A stretch of 64,000 nt of DNA from assembly GCA_963819705.1 (NCBI GenBank), contig CAWFXH010000011.1, forward strand, positions 7,529 through 71,528, written 5' to 3'. The translations under genes were made by a program, and so were the position numbers. Origin of the DNA: an uncultured Gammaproteobacteria bacterium. GTDB lineage: Bacteria; Pseudomonadota; Gammaproteobacteria; Steroidobacterales; Steroidobacteraceae. The notes beneath the pieces are model-generated. The model saw only the letters and a program-made list of their open reading frames with translations. It had not been told where the DNA came from and did not search any database. Below, piece after piece: positions 52,064 through 59,880 of this stretch (position 1 is its first letter; every line of letters starts with the position of its first letter).

Positions 52064-54100
52064 ATGTCGATGCAAGCAGCGCTCTGGCTCGCGATCGCGG
52101 CCGGCGTGGTCGCCATTCTCTACGGCGTGTTCTCGGCGCGCTGGATCCTCGCCCAGCCCGCGGGCAGCGCGCGCATGCAGGAGATCGCCGCGGCGATCCA
52201 GCAGGGCGCCGGTGCATACCTGAACCGTCAGTACACGACGATTGCGATCGTCGGCACGCTGCTCTTCGTCGTGCTCGGCTTCGCGCTCGACTGGTATACG
52301 GCGGTCGGCTTCGCGCTCGGCGCAGTCCTCTCGGGCTCCGCGGGCTACATCGGCATGAACGTCTCCGTGCGCGCCAACGTGCGCACCGCCCATGCCGCCA
52401 GCGTCGGCCTCAATCCGGCGCTGCAGGTCGCGTTCCGCGGCGGCGCGATCACGGGGCTGCTGGTCGTCGGCCTCGGGCTCATCGGCGTCGCGGCTTACTA
52501 TGCCGTCATGATGCGGCTCACGGGCGACAGCGACCACTCGCTGCATGCGCTCGTCGGGCTCGCCTTCGGCGGCTCGCTGATTTCGATCTTCGCGCGCCTC
52601 GGCGGCGGCATCTTCACCAAGGGCGCCGACGTTGGCGCAGACCTGGTCGGAAAGGTGGAGGCCGGGATTCCCGAGGATGACCCGCGCAATCCGGCCGTGA
52701 TCGCGGACAACGTCGGCGACAACGTCGGCGACTGTGCCGGCATGGCCGCAGACCTGTTCGAAACCTACGCAGTCACGGTCGTCGCGACCATGCTGCTCGC
52801 GGGCCTGATGATGAAGGATCTCGGCAACGCGGCGGTGCTCTACCCGCTCGTGCTCGGCGCGGTCTCGATCGTCGCCTCGATCGTCGGCACCTTTTTCGTC
52901 AAGGTGAAGGAAGGCGGCAAGATCATGGGCGCGCTCTATCGCGGCGTGATCGTTTCTGGCGTCATCGCGGCCATCGCCTACTACCCGATCACCAGGATGA
53001 TGCTGGGCGAAGCGGCAATGCCGCTTTATTACTGCGCGCTGATCGGGCTCGGCCTGACGGCAGCGATGATCTGGATCACGGAGTACTACACCGCGACCGA
53101 GTTCAAACCCGTGCGTTACGTCGCCGAGGCTTCGCAGACCGGGCATGGCACGAACGTGATCGCGGGCCTCGCGGTGTCGATGAAGTCGACCGCGCTGCCG
53201 GTGCTCTCGATCTGCGCAGCGATCTGGGGTGCCTACTCGCTGCAGGGCCTGTACGGCATCGCAATCGCGGCGACCGCCATGCTGTCGATGACGGGCATGA
53301 TCGTGGCGCTCGATGCTTACGGCCCGATCACCGACAACGCCGGCGGCATCGCAGAAATGAGCGGCTTGCCGAAGGACGTGCGCAAGATCACCGACGCGCT
53401 CGACGCGGTCGGCAACACGACCAAGGCGGTGACCAAGGGCTACGCAATCGGCTCCGCCGGCCTCGCAGCCCTGGTGCTGTTCGCCGACTACACGCACAAC
53501 CTGGAGATCGCCGGCAAGCTCGAGGCATTCAGCCTCTCTGACCCGGCGGTCATCATCGGCCTCTTCATCGGCGGCCTCGTACCTTACCTCTTTGCCGCGA
53601 TGGCAATGGAGGCCGTTGGCCGTGCAGCCGGCTCCGTCGTCATCGAGGTCCGGCGCCAGTTCCGCGAGATCAAGGGCATCATGGAAGGCACCGGGAAGCC
53701 AGACTATTCGCGCGCCGTGGACATGCTGACCCGCGCGGCAATCCGCGAGATGATCCTGCCGTCGTTGCTTCCGATCCTGATCCCGGTGGTGGTCGGCTTT
53801 GGAATGAACTTCCTGCTCGGCCCGGGCGCCGGCATCCGCGCTCTTGGCGGCGTGCTGATCGGCACGATCGTGACGGGCCTGTTCGTTGCTATCTCGATGT
53901 GCACCGGCGGCGGTGCCTGGGACAATGCCAAGAAGTACATCGAGGAAGGCCATTTCGGCGGCAAGGGATCGGAAACGCACAAGGCGGCCGTCACCGGCGA
54001 CACCGTCGGCGACCCGTACAAGGACACCGCGGGACCGGCGATCAACCCGCTGATCAAGATCATCAACATCGTGGCGCTGTTGCTCGTTCCGCTGTTGTAA
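52064..54100 (+). CDS. hppA: Membrane-integral H+-translocating pyrophosphatase, K+-independent type
   Basis: 678-aa polytopic ORF with PPase motifs ([28 protein letters not shown]). [10 protein letters not shown] carries the Lys/Thr pair diagnostic of K+-independent enzymes. Confidence 0.95.
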   Translation: MSMQAALWLAIAAGVVAILYGVFSARWILAQPAGSARMQEIAAAIQQGAGAYLNRQYTTIAIVGTLLFVVLGFALDWYTAVGFALGAVLSGSAGYIGMNVSVRANVRTAHAASVGLNPALQVAFRGGAITGLLVVGLGLIGVAAYYAVMMRLTGDSDHSLHALVGLAFGGSLISIFARLGGGIFTKGADVGADLVGKVEAGIPEDDPRNPAVIADNVGDNVGDCAGMAADLFETYAVTVVATMLLAGLMMKDLGNAAVLYPLVLGAVSIVASIVGTFFVKVKEGGKIMGALYRGVIVSGVIAAIAYYPITRMMLGEAAMPLYYCALIGLGLTAAMIWITEYYTATEFKPVRYVAEASQTGHGTNVIAGLAVSMKSTALPVLSICAAIWGAYSLQGLYGIAIAATAMLSMTGMIVALDAYGPITDNAGGIAEMSGLPKDVRKITDALDAVGNTTKAVTKGYAIGSAGLAALVLFADYTHNLEIAGKLEAFSLSDPAVIIGLFIGGLVPYLFAAMAMEAVGRAAGSVVIEVRRQFREIKGIMEGTGKPDYSRAVDMLTRAAIREMILPSLLPILIPVVVGFGMNFLLGPGAGIRALGGVLIGTIVTGLFVAISMCTGGGAWDNAKKYIEEGHFGGKGSETHKAAVTGDTVGDPYKDTAGPAINPLIKIINIVALLLVPLL

Positions 54101-54118
54101 AGTCGACGCGGCGAATTC

Positions 54119-55123
54119 ATGGGTCCGCGTGACGTCATGATTCAATGCAAGCGTTGCTTGCTCTTCGGGCTCTTGGCCGCGGCCTTCTTCTCCACATCAG
54201 CGGCCGCTGAATCGTTCAGCTTCGTCGCGCTAGGCGATACGACCTACGCGGCTCCGGCCGACAATTCGCTCTACGGCCAGCTGATCGACTCGATCAATGC
54301 GGCAAGCCCGGCGTTCTCGATCCACGTTGGCGACACCAAGGGCTATGGTGACTGCGGCCGCGCCTTCCAGGAGAGCCAGCGGGACTTCTTTAATCGCTTC
54401 GCCGGCCCCGTCTTCTACACGCCCGGCAACAACGAATGGGCGGACTGCTGGAAGGCAAACCGCGGCGAGGCAGACCCGACCGAGATCCTCGCGTTGATGC
54501 GCGAGGTGTTCTGGTCGAAGCCCGAGAGCCTTGGCCGGGTGCGCCTGCCCCTCGTTCGCGAATCAGACGAGATCCCGGAGTTCGCCGAGTTCGCGGAAAA
54601 TGCGCGCTGGGCATACGGCGGGGCGACTTTTGCGACCCTGAACCTGGCAGGCACCCACAACAACCAGGAGCTGCGCATCGAGAAGTACTGGCGCGAGTTC
54701 ACGCGGCGCGAGCAGGCGAACCTCGCCTGGGTGAAAGCGACCTTCGCAGCGGCCCGGCAGGCGAAGCACCGCGCCGTCGTGCTGTCCTTTCATTCGAATC
54801 CGTTCGACGAAAGGCTGCGCTACGAGGGCGGGCCTTTCGAGCCCGTCGTCCGGGCGATCGATGCCGAGACGGAGGCCTTCGACGGACAGGTGCTGATCGT
54901 CCAGGGGCACTATCACCAGTTCGTGATCGACCGGCCCCTGACCACGCTGGACATGGACCAGCCCGCCGTGACGCGCCAGAACCTCATGCGCCTTCAGGTC
55001 TACGGCTGGCCCGACATGAAGGCCGTGCGCGTGCACGTCGACACTTCCAAGCCCTGGGTTTTCGGCTTCGAGCCGCTCTATTCGACGGGCATCTCGGTCT
55101 CGACGAACAGGGATACCGATTAG
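54119..55123 (+). CDS. Secreted calcineurin-like metallophosphoesterase
   Basis: 334-aa ORF (alternative ATG at 54137). Signal peptide ...LLAAAFFSTSAAA; motifs FVALGDT, HVGDTKG, PGNNEW. Visibly more A/T-ending codons than its neighbours. Confidence 0.75.
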   Translation: MGPRDVMIQCKRCLLFGLLAAAFFSTSAAAESFSFVALGDTTYAAPADNSLYGQLIDSINAASPAFSIHVGDTKGYGDCGRAFQESQRDFFNRFAGPVFYTPGNNEWADCWKANRGEADPTEILALMREVFWSKPESLGRVRLPLVRESDEIPEFAEFAENARWAYGGATFATLNLAGTHNNQELRIEKYWREFTRREQANLAWVKATFAAARQAKHRAVVLSFHSNPFDERLRYEGGPFEPVVRAIDAETEAFDGQVLIVQGHYHQFVIDRPLTTLDMDQPAVTRQNLMRLQVYGWPDMKAVRVHVDTSKPWVFGFEPLYSTGISVSTNRDTD

Positions 55124-55129
55124 TCGATC

Positions 55130-55399
55130 GTGGGATCCTCGCCGGAAGCCATTGGTCCGTTTACCGAGCTGGCACACGAGTACGGCCCCATTGTCTGGAA
55201 TACGCTCGCGGCCAACGTGCCGCGCGACCCGCACTGGAACTGGCTCCTGCCAAGGCTCGCTCTTGCCCTGCTCATCTTCCTGATTCGCAAGGGTCGCGGC
55301 GAAGACGTGCTGGTCAAGAAGCGCAAGGGACCGGATTTAGCAATCGAGCTCGTCGAATCCACGGTGAAGGGCACGCGCGTCGACCCCGACCGGCAATAA
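55130..55399 (+). CDS. Hypothetical small membrane protein
   Basis: 89-aa ORF (GTG start) with one hydrophobic helix (WLLPRLALALLIFLI) and mostly G/C-ending codons. Followed 2 nt later by a strong hairpin. No family recognised. Confidence 0.4.
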   Translation: MGSSPEAIGPFTELAHEYGPIVWNTLAANVPRDPHWNWLLPRLALALLIFLIRKGRGEDVLVKKRKGPDLAIELVESTVKGTRVDPDRQ

Positions 55400-55400
55400 A

Positions 55401-55428
55401 GCCAAGGCCCCCTCGTGGGGGCCTTGGC
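55401..55428. terminator. Perfect 12-bp GC-rich hairpin between convergent genes
   Basis: GCCAAGGCCCCC-tcgt-GGGGGCCTTGGC, directly after the stop at 55397-55399 and ~50 nt from the convergent gene's stop. No U-tract. Confidence 0.65.
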
Positions 55429-55477
55429 AGGTCCGCGCCGCCGGGCTTGAAGCCCGCTGCGCCTGCTGACGCCTGGA

Positions 55478-56020
55478 TTACGACCTGCTCAGGTCCAACG
55501 CGCCGTTTTCGACGCGAATCCGCTTGCCCGGGTCATGATCCATGCGGACCACACCCTGCTTGCCGTCGAGCAGATAAGTGACATCAAAGCCAGCCGGAAT
55601 TTTCTGATTGTCGTAAACGGTTCCGCAACGCTGTTCCACGACCGTTTCGGTATTGCCTTCCTGCATGTGTTTCTGGACTTTGTTGCCAGCGTAGCCGCCG
55701 GCCACAGCGCCCGCCGCAGTGGCAATTTTCTTGCCGTCGCCACCGCCGACCTGGTTGCCCAGCACGCCGCCGATCACGGCACCGATTGCCGTTCCGGCAA
55801 CCCGCTTTTCGTCCTTGATGGGCACCTGCTGCGTGACCGCCTCGTCATTGCATGCCTGACGCGCCGTCTGCTGGTTGTCGAATGCGGGTGCGATCGCAAC
55901 GACATCGGCATAGTCCTGCCACGGATTCAGATCCGTCCGCGTGGCCGCGTAGGCGCCGACCGCCACGATTACGGCACCGCCGAGAATCAACGGGGCCAAT
56001 AGGGAATTTTTCATCTGCAT
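55478..56020 (-). CDS. Glycine-zipper (2TM / 17-kDa-antigen-like) envelope protein
   Basis: 180-aa ORF with a signal/anchor sequence and a glycine-zipper stretch GTAIGAVIGGVLGNQVGGGDGKKIATAAGAVAGGYAGN. Confidence 0.7.
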   Translation of the reverse strand: MQMKNSLLAPLILGGAVIVAVGAYAATRTDLNPWQDYADVVAIAPAFDNQQTARQACNDEAVTQQVPIKDEKRVAGTAIGAVIGGVLGNQVGGGDGKKIATAAGAVAGGYAGNKVQKHMQEGNTETVVEQRCGTVYDNQKIPAGFDVTYLLDGKQGVVRMDHDPGKRIRVENGALDLSRS

Positions 56021-56441
56021 TGCTCCTCAATGAATGCCGGGCTCACAATCGATTCGGCCCGGTCCACTGCGGCTGCGCCCAGTGGCGAGTCATCGGGGGT
56101 AACTTCGCGATTTCGCTTCAGGTTTGGCCCCGGCACCGCTGCAACTACGTACTGCACGAGATGAGACGACGCCTGAGGGTATCCTGCCGGTCGGTCGCGG
56201 GTCTGTGCGGGAGCGAACATGGCATTCGCCTTGCACCGCGGCCGCAAAGGAGGCGTGTGCGCCCCTTTTCAGGTACTGCGCATTCGCCTGCTTCGACCTC
56301 GAGAAAGCCGCTCCTTGGTCGCATTTATTCCGCGCCCTTATGTCAACAGTCCGCGCGCGCCGAGCATTTTCGGATTAGTTTTTGTGACTGCAGTCGCAGG
56401 TTGTGTCGCGCGCGCGGAGCGCTTGCGAATCGAGGAAAGGG

Positions 56442-57911
56442 ATGTCCACAGCGGAAGTCACGGGCGCTCCTCCGCGCCACGACGAGACGGCCAGTTTTCG
56501 CGTCGTGTCCGCGTCGATCGCGTGGGCGCGTCCTGGAGCCGGTGAGCCGCCGTCGATTGCACTCGTCAGGGAACATCTGAATTCCGCCGTCGTCGCCGGA
56601 GCACTGCTGTTGACGGCGGCACTTCACGGGCAACGCGTCGACGGCCCGTACCTGGCGCTCGCTGCCTGCGCCTACGCGGTGTCGCTCAAGGTGATGACGC
56701 AGCCGAGGCTCGAACGTGTTGGCAACAGGTCGGACTGGGGACGCATCCTCCGCCATCGCGCGATCGAGTGGGCATGTGTCGCAGGCATCCTGCTGCTCGC
56801 CGGCTACTTCCTGCGGGTCACCCGCCTCTTTCCCGGCCGCGTGCTGTTGACCTGGCTGCTCGCAACGCCGTTCGCGCTCGCCGCCGCGCACGGAGCGGCG
56901 CGGCTCCTCGCCGCTCGCGTGTTCAGGCGCAGCGGCGCGCAGCGCCGGCTGGTCATCGTGGGCGCAAACCGGGTCGGTGCCGAGCTCGCCACGAGGCTCG
57001 CCGAAGCGCCGTGGCTCGGCACTGTGGCGGGATTCTTCGATGACCGGCGGCTGGAGCGCCTGCCGCCGGCAACGCGGCCGCGACTGCTCGGCAAGTTTGC
57101 CGACCTGCCAGAGTACGCGAGGCAGCAGGGCGTGCACGTCATTTACGTCTGCCTGCCGATGTCAGGCCACCCGAGGATTCGGGCGTTGCTTAACTTCCTC
57201 GGAGATACCACGGCCTCGATCTACTTCGTACCCGACCTGTCGGCTTTCGACCTGATGCAGGCCCGCTTCGGTCAGATCCGCGGCATGCCCCTTGTCGCCG
57301 TGCGCGAAACCCCATTCTGCGGCATGGCCGGTGTGCTGAAGCGCGGCAGCGACATTCTGCTCGCGACGACCGCATTACTGCTGGTCGCGCCGATGCTGAT
57401 CGTGATCGCAATCGGCGTGAAGCGATCCTCGCCCGGGCCGGTTTTCTTCAGGCAGCGCCGGTATGGCCTCGATGGCCGCGAATTCCTCGTCTATAAGTTC
57501 CGCACGATGACCGTTTGCGAGGACGACCCGCTGATGCAGGCGACCCGCTTCGACCTCAGGGTCACGCCGGTGGGCGCGTTCCTGCGGCGCACGTCGCTCG
57601 ACGAGCTGCCCCAGCTCCTCAATGTTCTCGAGGGCAGCATGAGCCTTGTCGGCCCGAGGCCGCACGCCGTCGCGCACAACGAGCGCTACCGCAAGCTGGT
57701 GAGCGGCTACATGCTGCGGCACAAGGTGCGCCCCGGCATCACCGGTCTCGCCCAGGTCAACGGGCTGCGTGGCGAAACGGTGGACGTCGAGAAGATGCGC
57801 CAGCGCGTCGCCTTCGACCTCGAGTACCTCAAGCATTGGTCGCTCGGCCTCGACCTGCGGATCCTCCTGAAAACCGCCCGCCTCGTGTGGAGCGACAAGA
57901 ACGCCTACTGA
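56442..57911 (+). CDS. Undecaprenyl-phosphate hexose-1-phosphate transferase (WcaJ/GumD-like priming glycosyltransferase)
   Basis: ATG at 56442 after GAGGAAAGGG (the track ORF starts at GTG 56403). N-terminal TM block, then the bacterial sugar transferase domain ([26 protein letters not shown]...[21 protein letters not shown]...[10 protein letters not shown]). Confidence 0.88.
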   Translation: MSTAEVTGAPPRHDETASFRVVSASIAWARPGAGEPPSIALVREHLNSAVVAGALLLTAALHGQRVDGPYLALAACAYAVSLKVMTQPRLERVGNRSDWGRILRHRAIEWACVAGILLLAGYFLRVTRLFPGRVLLTWLLATPFALAAAHGAARLLAARVFRRSGAQRRLVIVGANRVGAELATRLAEAPWLGTVAGFFDDRRLERLPPATRPRLLGKFADLPEYARQQGVHVIYVCLPMSGHPRIRALLNFLGDTTASIYFVPDLSAFDLMQARFGQIRGMPLVAVRETPFCGMAGVLKRGSDILLATTALLLVAPMLIVIAIGVKRSSPGPVFFRQRRYGLDGREFLVYKFRTMTVCEDDPLMQATRFDLRVTPVGAFLRRTSLDELPQLLNVLEGSMSLVGPRPHAVAHNERYRKLVSGYMLRHKVRPGITGLAQVNGLRGETVDVEKMRQRVAFDLEYLKHWSLGLDLRILLKTARLVWSDKNAY

Positions 57912-57923
57912 AGGCAACCAGGC

Positions 57924-58811
57924 CTACCAGTCGTCGTTCGCGGCATAGCCGAGTTCGACGAGGAGCGGGCCGGCTATCCGCTTGAACAGGCGCCGGTCAT
58001 TTTCGTCCAGGTCCCGCTGCCAGCGGCCCAATGAGGCCGTGCTGACGGCCGTGAGCGCTTCCGGATTCTGGGCAAAGCGCGTGGAGTCACGAAACGGCGA
58101 TGCCGCTCCCGCGTGCGCGAGCATGGCCTCGTCCCAATCCTCTCCGAGGAAGGCCATCAGCCTCTCGAGGGCCGGCCGCGGATTCAGGACCAGCTCTTCG
58201 TAGCGGACGGTATGAAAGCGCGGATCGTTCCACCAGCGGCGCGAGCCCTCGATGTCGCGAACCCAGCGCCGGGCGCAGCCGGCGATGGGTTTCCAGGTGT
58301 CGAGCGGGACCAGCCTGCCGTTCTCGACGCGATGGCGCGGATGGGTCCGCAGTGAACAGGCGACGTCGCGGCCATCGCGCAGCACCTGCACGAACCGCGT
58401 CTCGGGAAAGCAGCGGAAGATCGAGGCGATGTGCCCGATATTGCGCGGTGTCTTCTCCGCCCAGCGCGCCTTTCCCGCCTTTCGCATGCAGAGCGCGGCA
58501 AAGCCCTCGATGAACTCCGGGCGCGAGCGGGCCCGGTCGTAGATCGCGCGCATCTCCTCACGGCCAAAGCCGAACCTGTCAGCGAGCGCATCGGGATCGA
58601 GCGCCCGCCGCCTGAATACGCTTGACTCCGGACCGCAGCAGATCCGGTGGTGCGAGTCGAGCATCATCCGGAGCAGCGTCGTCCCCGAACGACCGCAGCC
58701 ACCGAGCACGATTGGCGTCAAGCCGGGCGGGTGCCCGATCACGAACGAATCGGCCGGATGGCCGAGACCGATCGCGCCGCCGATCATCCTGAATAATCCC
58801 GGTGCGCCCAT
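57924..58811 (-). CDS. TPST-like (tyrosylprotein-sulfotransferase/RaxST-like) sulfotransferase
   Basis: 295-aa ORF. From memory, it is colinear with animal TPST across the catalytic domain: 5'-PSB LGGCGRSGTTLLRMMLDSHHRICCGPE; VLRDGRDVACSL; VRYEELVLNPRPALERLMAFLGEDWDEAML; SLGRWQRDL...IAGPLLVELGY. Confidence 0.8.
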   Translation of the reverse strand: MGAPGLFRMIGGAIGLGHPADSFVIGHPPGLTPIVLGGCGRSGTTLLRMMLDSHHRICCGPESSVFRRRALDPDALADRFGFGREEMRAIYDRARSRPEFIEGFAALCMRKAGKARWAEKTPRNIGHIASIFRCFPETRFVQVLRDGRDVACSLRTHPRHRVENGRLVPLDTWKPIAGCARRWVRDIEGSRRWWNDPRFHTVRYEELVLNPRPALERLMAFLGEDWDEAMLAHAGAASPFRDSTRFAQNPEALTAVSTASLGRWQRDLDENDRRLFKRIAGPLLVELGYAANDDW

Positions 58812-58880
58812 GCCGGACGCACTCTAAGTCATCTGCCGGCCGCGCGCCCGGATGACAGGGCGGCGCATCGATGCGACCAT

Positions 58881-59870
58881 GTGGTCATGTCCGTCACGCG
58901 CGTCCGCGCCGCCGCAATCCTCCTGTGCATGGTGCTGCCGCGGGCCGCCGAGGCCGCGGACGATCCGGTCGTGCTGCCGCCCGGCATCGCGACCCACGTT
59001 GACGGGCGCGCGCCCATCGAGTCGCTCTACCGCAGTGCTCTCGGCCTCGTCGAAAGGGGCTGGACCGTGGACGTGATCACGGAGTCCTCGCCCGCGGGCA
59101 CGGCGGCGGGCCTGCCGATCATCGCGCTGCGCTCGCCGAAGTCCGGGCCGGCAGTCTGGATACTCGCGGGAATCCATGGCGAGGAACCCGCCGGGCCGAA
59201 CGCGGTCGCGGCGACCATCGAAGAAATTGCAAAGCTCGGCGCTGTCCGGCCAGTGGTGCTTCTGCCACTGCTGAACCCGCAGGGTTATGCCCGAAACTGG
59301 CGCTACCTCAATGTTCCCGTCTATTCCGAAACCATCGACGGGCAGAGCGTCGGCGATTCCTCGCACCTGCTTCCTGACGCCGGGAATCCGGCACAACCGC
59401 GGGCGGCGGCGGCCTCGAGCCCTGAGGCGGATGCGATTACCGCCTATGTCCTTTCCCGCCTCGCGGACTACCCGCCCGTCTGCAGCATCGACTTGCACGA
59501 GGACAACCTGATCGACGAGGGCTACGTCTACTCGCAGGGCGCCGAAGGCGCCGGGGACCCCCTCGCCATCGCGGCCGTGGCCGTGCTGAGGGAGAACGGC
59601 GTACCCATCAAGACGGAGGGCATGACGCGCTTCGACGAAACGGTCGTGCACGGTATCGTCGGGCCGGTCACCGACAGCTCGATTGACGAACTGATGAGTG
59701 CGCGCCGAATTGTCGTGGGCGGCGTGCCGCGGCCCGGACCGGCCGCGCACACCGTGCTCGTGTTCGAGACTCCGGCTGCTGCCCTCCCGCTGGAGCAGCG
59801 CATCGCGGCCCACGCCGCCCTGTTGCGCCGGCTCGCGGCGATCCTGGCTTCGGCGCCTGACGGGAACTGA
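58881..59870 (+). CDS. Secreted M14-like zinc carboxypeptidase / AstE-AspA-fold protein
   Basis: 329-aa ORF (GTG 58881 or ATG 58887). Signal peptide ...LLCMVLPRAAEA. Zinc-ligand-like HxxE (AGIHGEEPAG) and a later DLHED. Family assignment rests on motifs only. Confidence 0.65.
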   Translation: MVMSVTRVRAAAILLCMVLPRAAEAADDPVVLPPGIATHVDGRAPIESLYRSALGLVERGWTVDVITESSPAGTAAGLPIIALRSPKSGPAVWILAGIHGEEPAGPNAVAATIEEIAKLGAVRPVVLLPLLNPQGYARNWRYLNVPVYSETIDGQSVGDSSHLLPDAGNPAQPRAAAASSPEADAITAYVLSRLADYPPVCSIDLHEDNLIDEGYVYSQGAEGAGDPLAIAAVAVLRENGVPIKTEGMTRFDETVVHGIVGPVTDSSIDELMSARRIVVGGVPRPGPAAHTVLVFETPAAALPLEQRIAAHAALLRRLAAILASAPDGN

Positions 59871-59880
59871 TCCGCCGCCG

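Noticed and set aside
51794-54145. 783-aa minus-strand ORF covering the whole hppA locus
   Set aside because: It is antisense to a gene with unmistakable H+-PPase motifs. Its product is Arg/Asp/His/Gly-rich low-complexity sequence with no family resemblance. This is the typical stop-codon-poor antisense frame of GC-rich DNA.
56125-56139. Sigma-54-like GG-N10-GC spacing (TGGCCCCGGCACCGC) upstream of the glycosyltransferase
   Set aside because: Only the GG and GC dinucleotides match. The flanking consensus positions (TGGCAC...TTGC) do not. This is expected by chance in GC-rich DNA.
56011-56545. Small ORFs in the long leader (56124..56378 +, 56219..56545 +, 56011..56247 -) as possible RaxX-like sulfated-peptide precursors
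   Set aside because: None has an SD, a leader or signal sequence, or an acidic D/E-Y sulfation motif. The third-position GC of the minus-strand candidate is clearly lower than in real genes here. The ORFs overlap each other and neighbouring genes.
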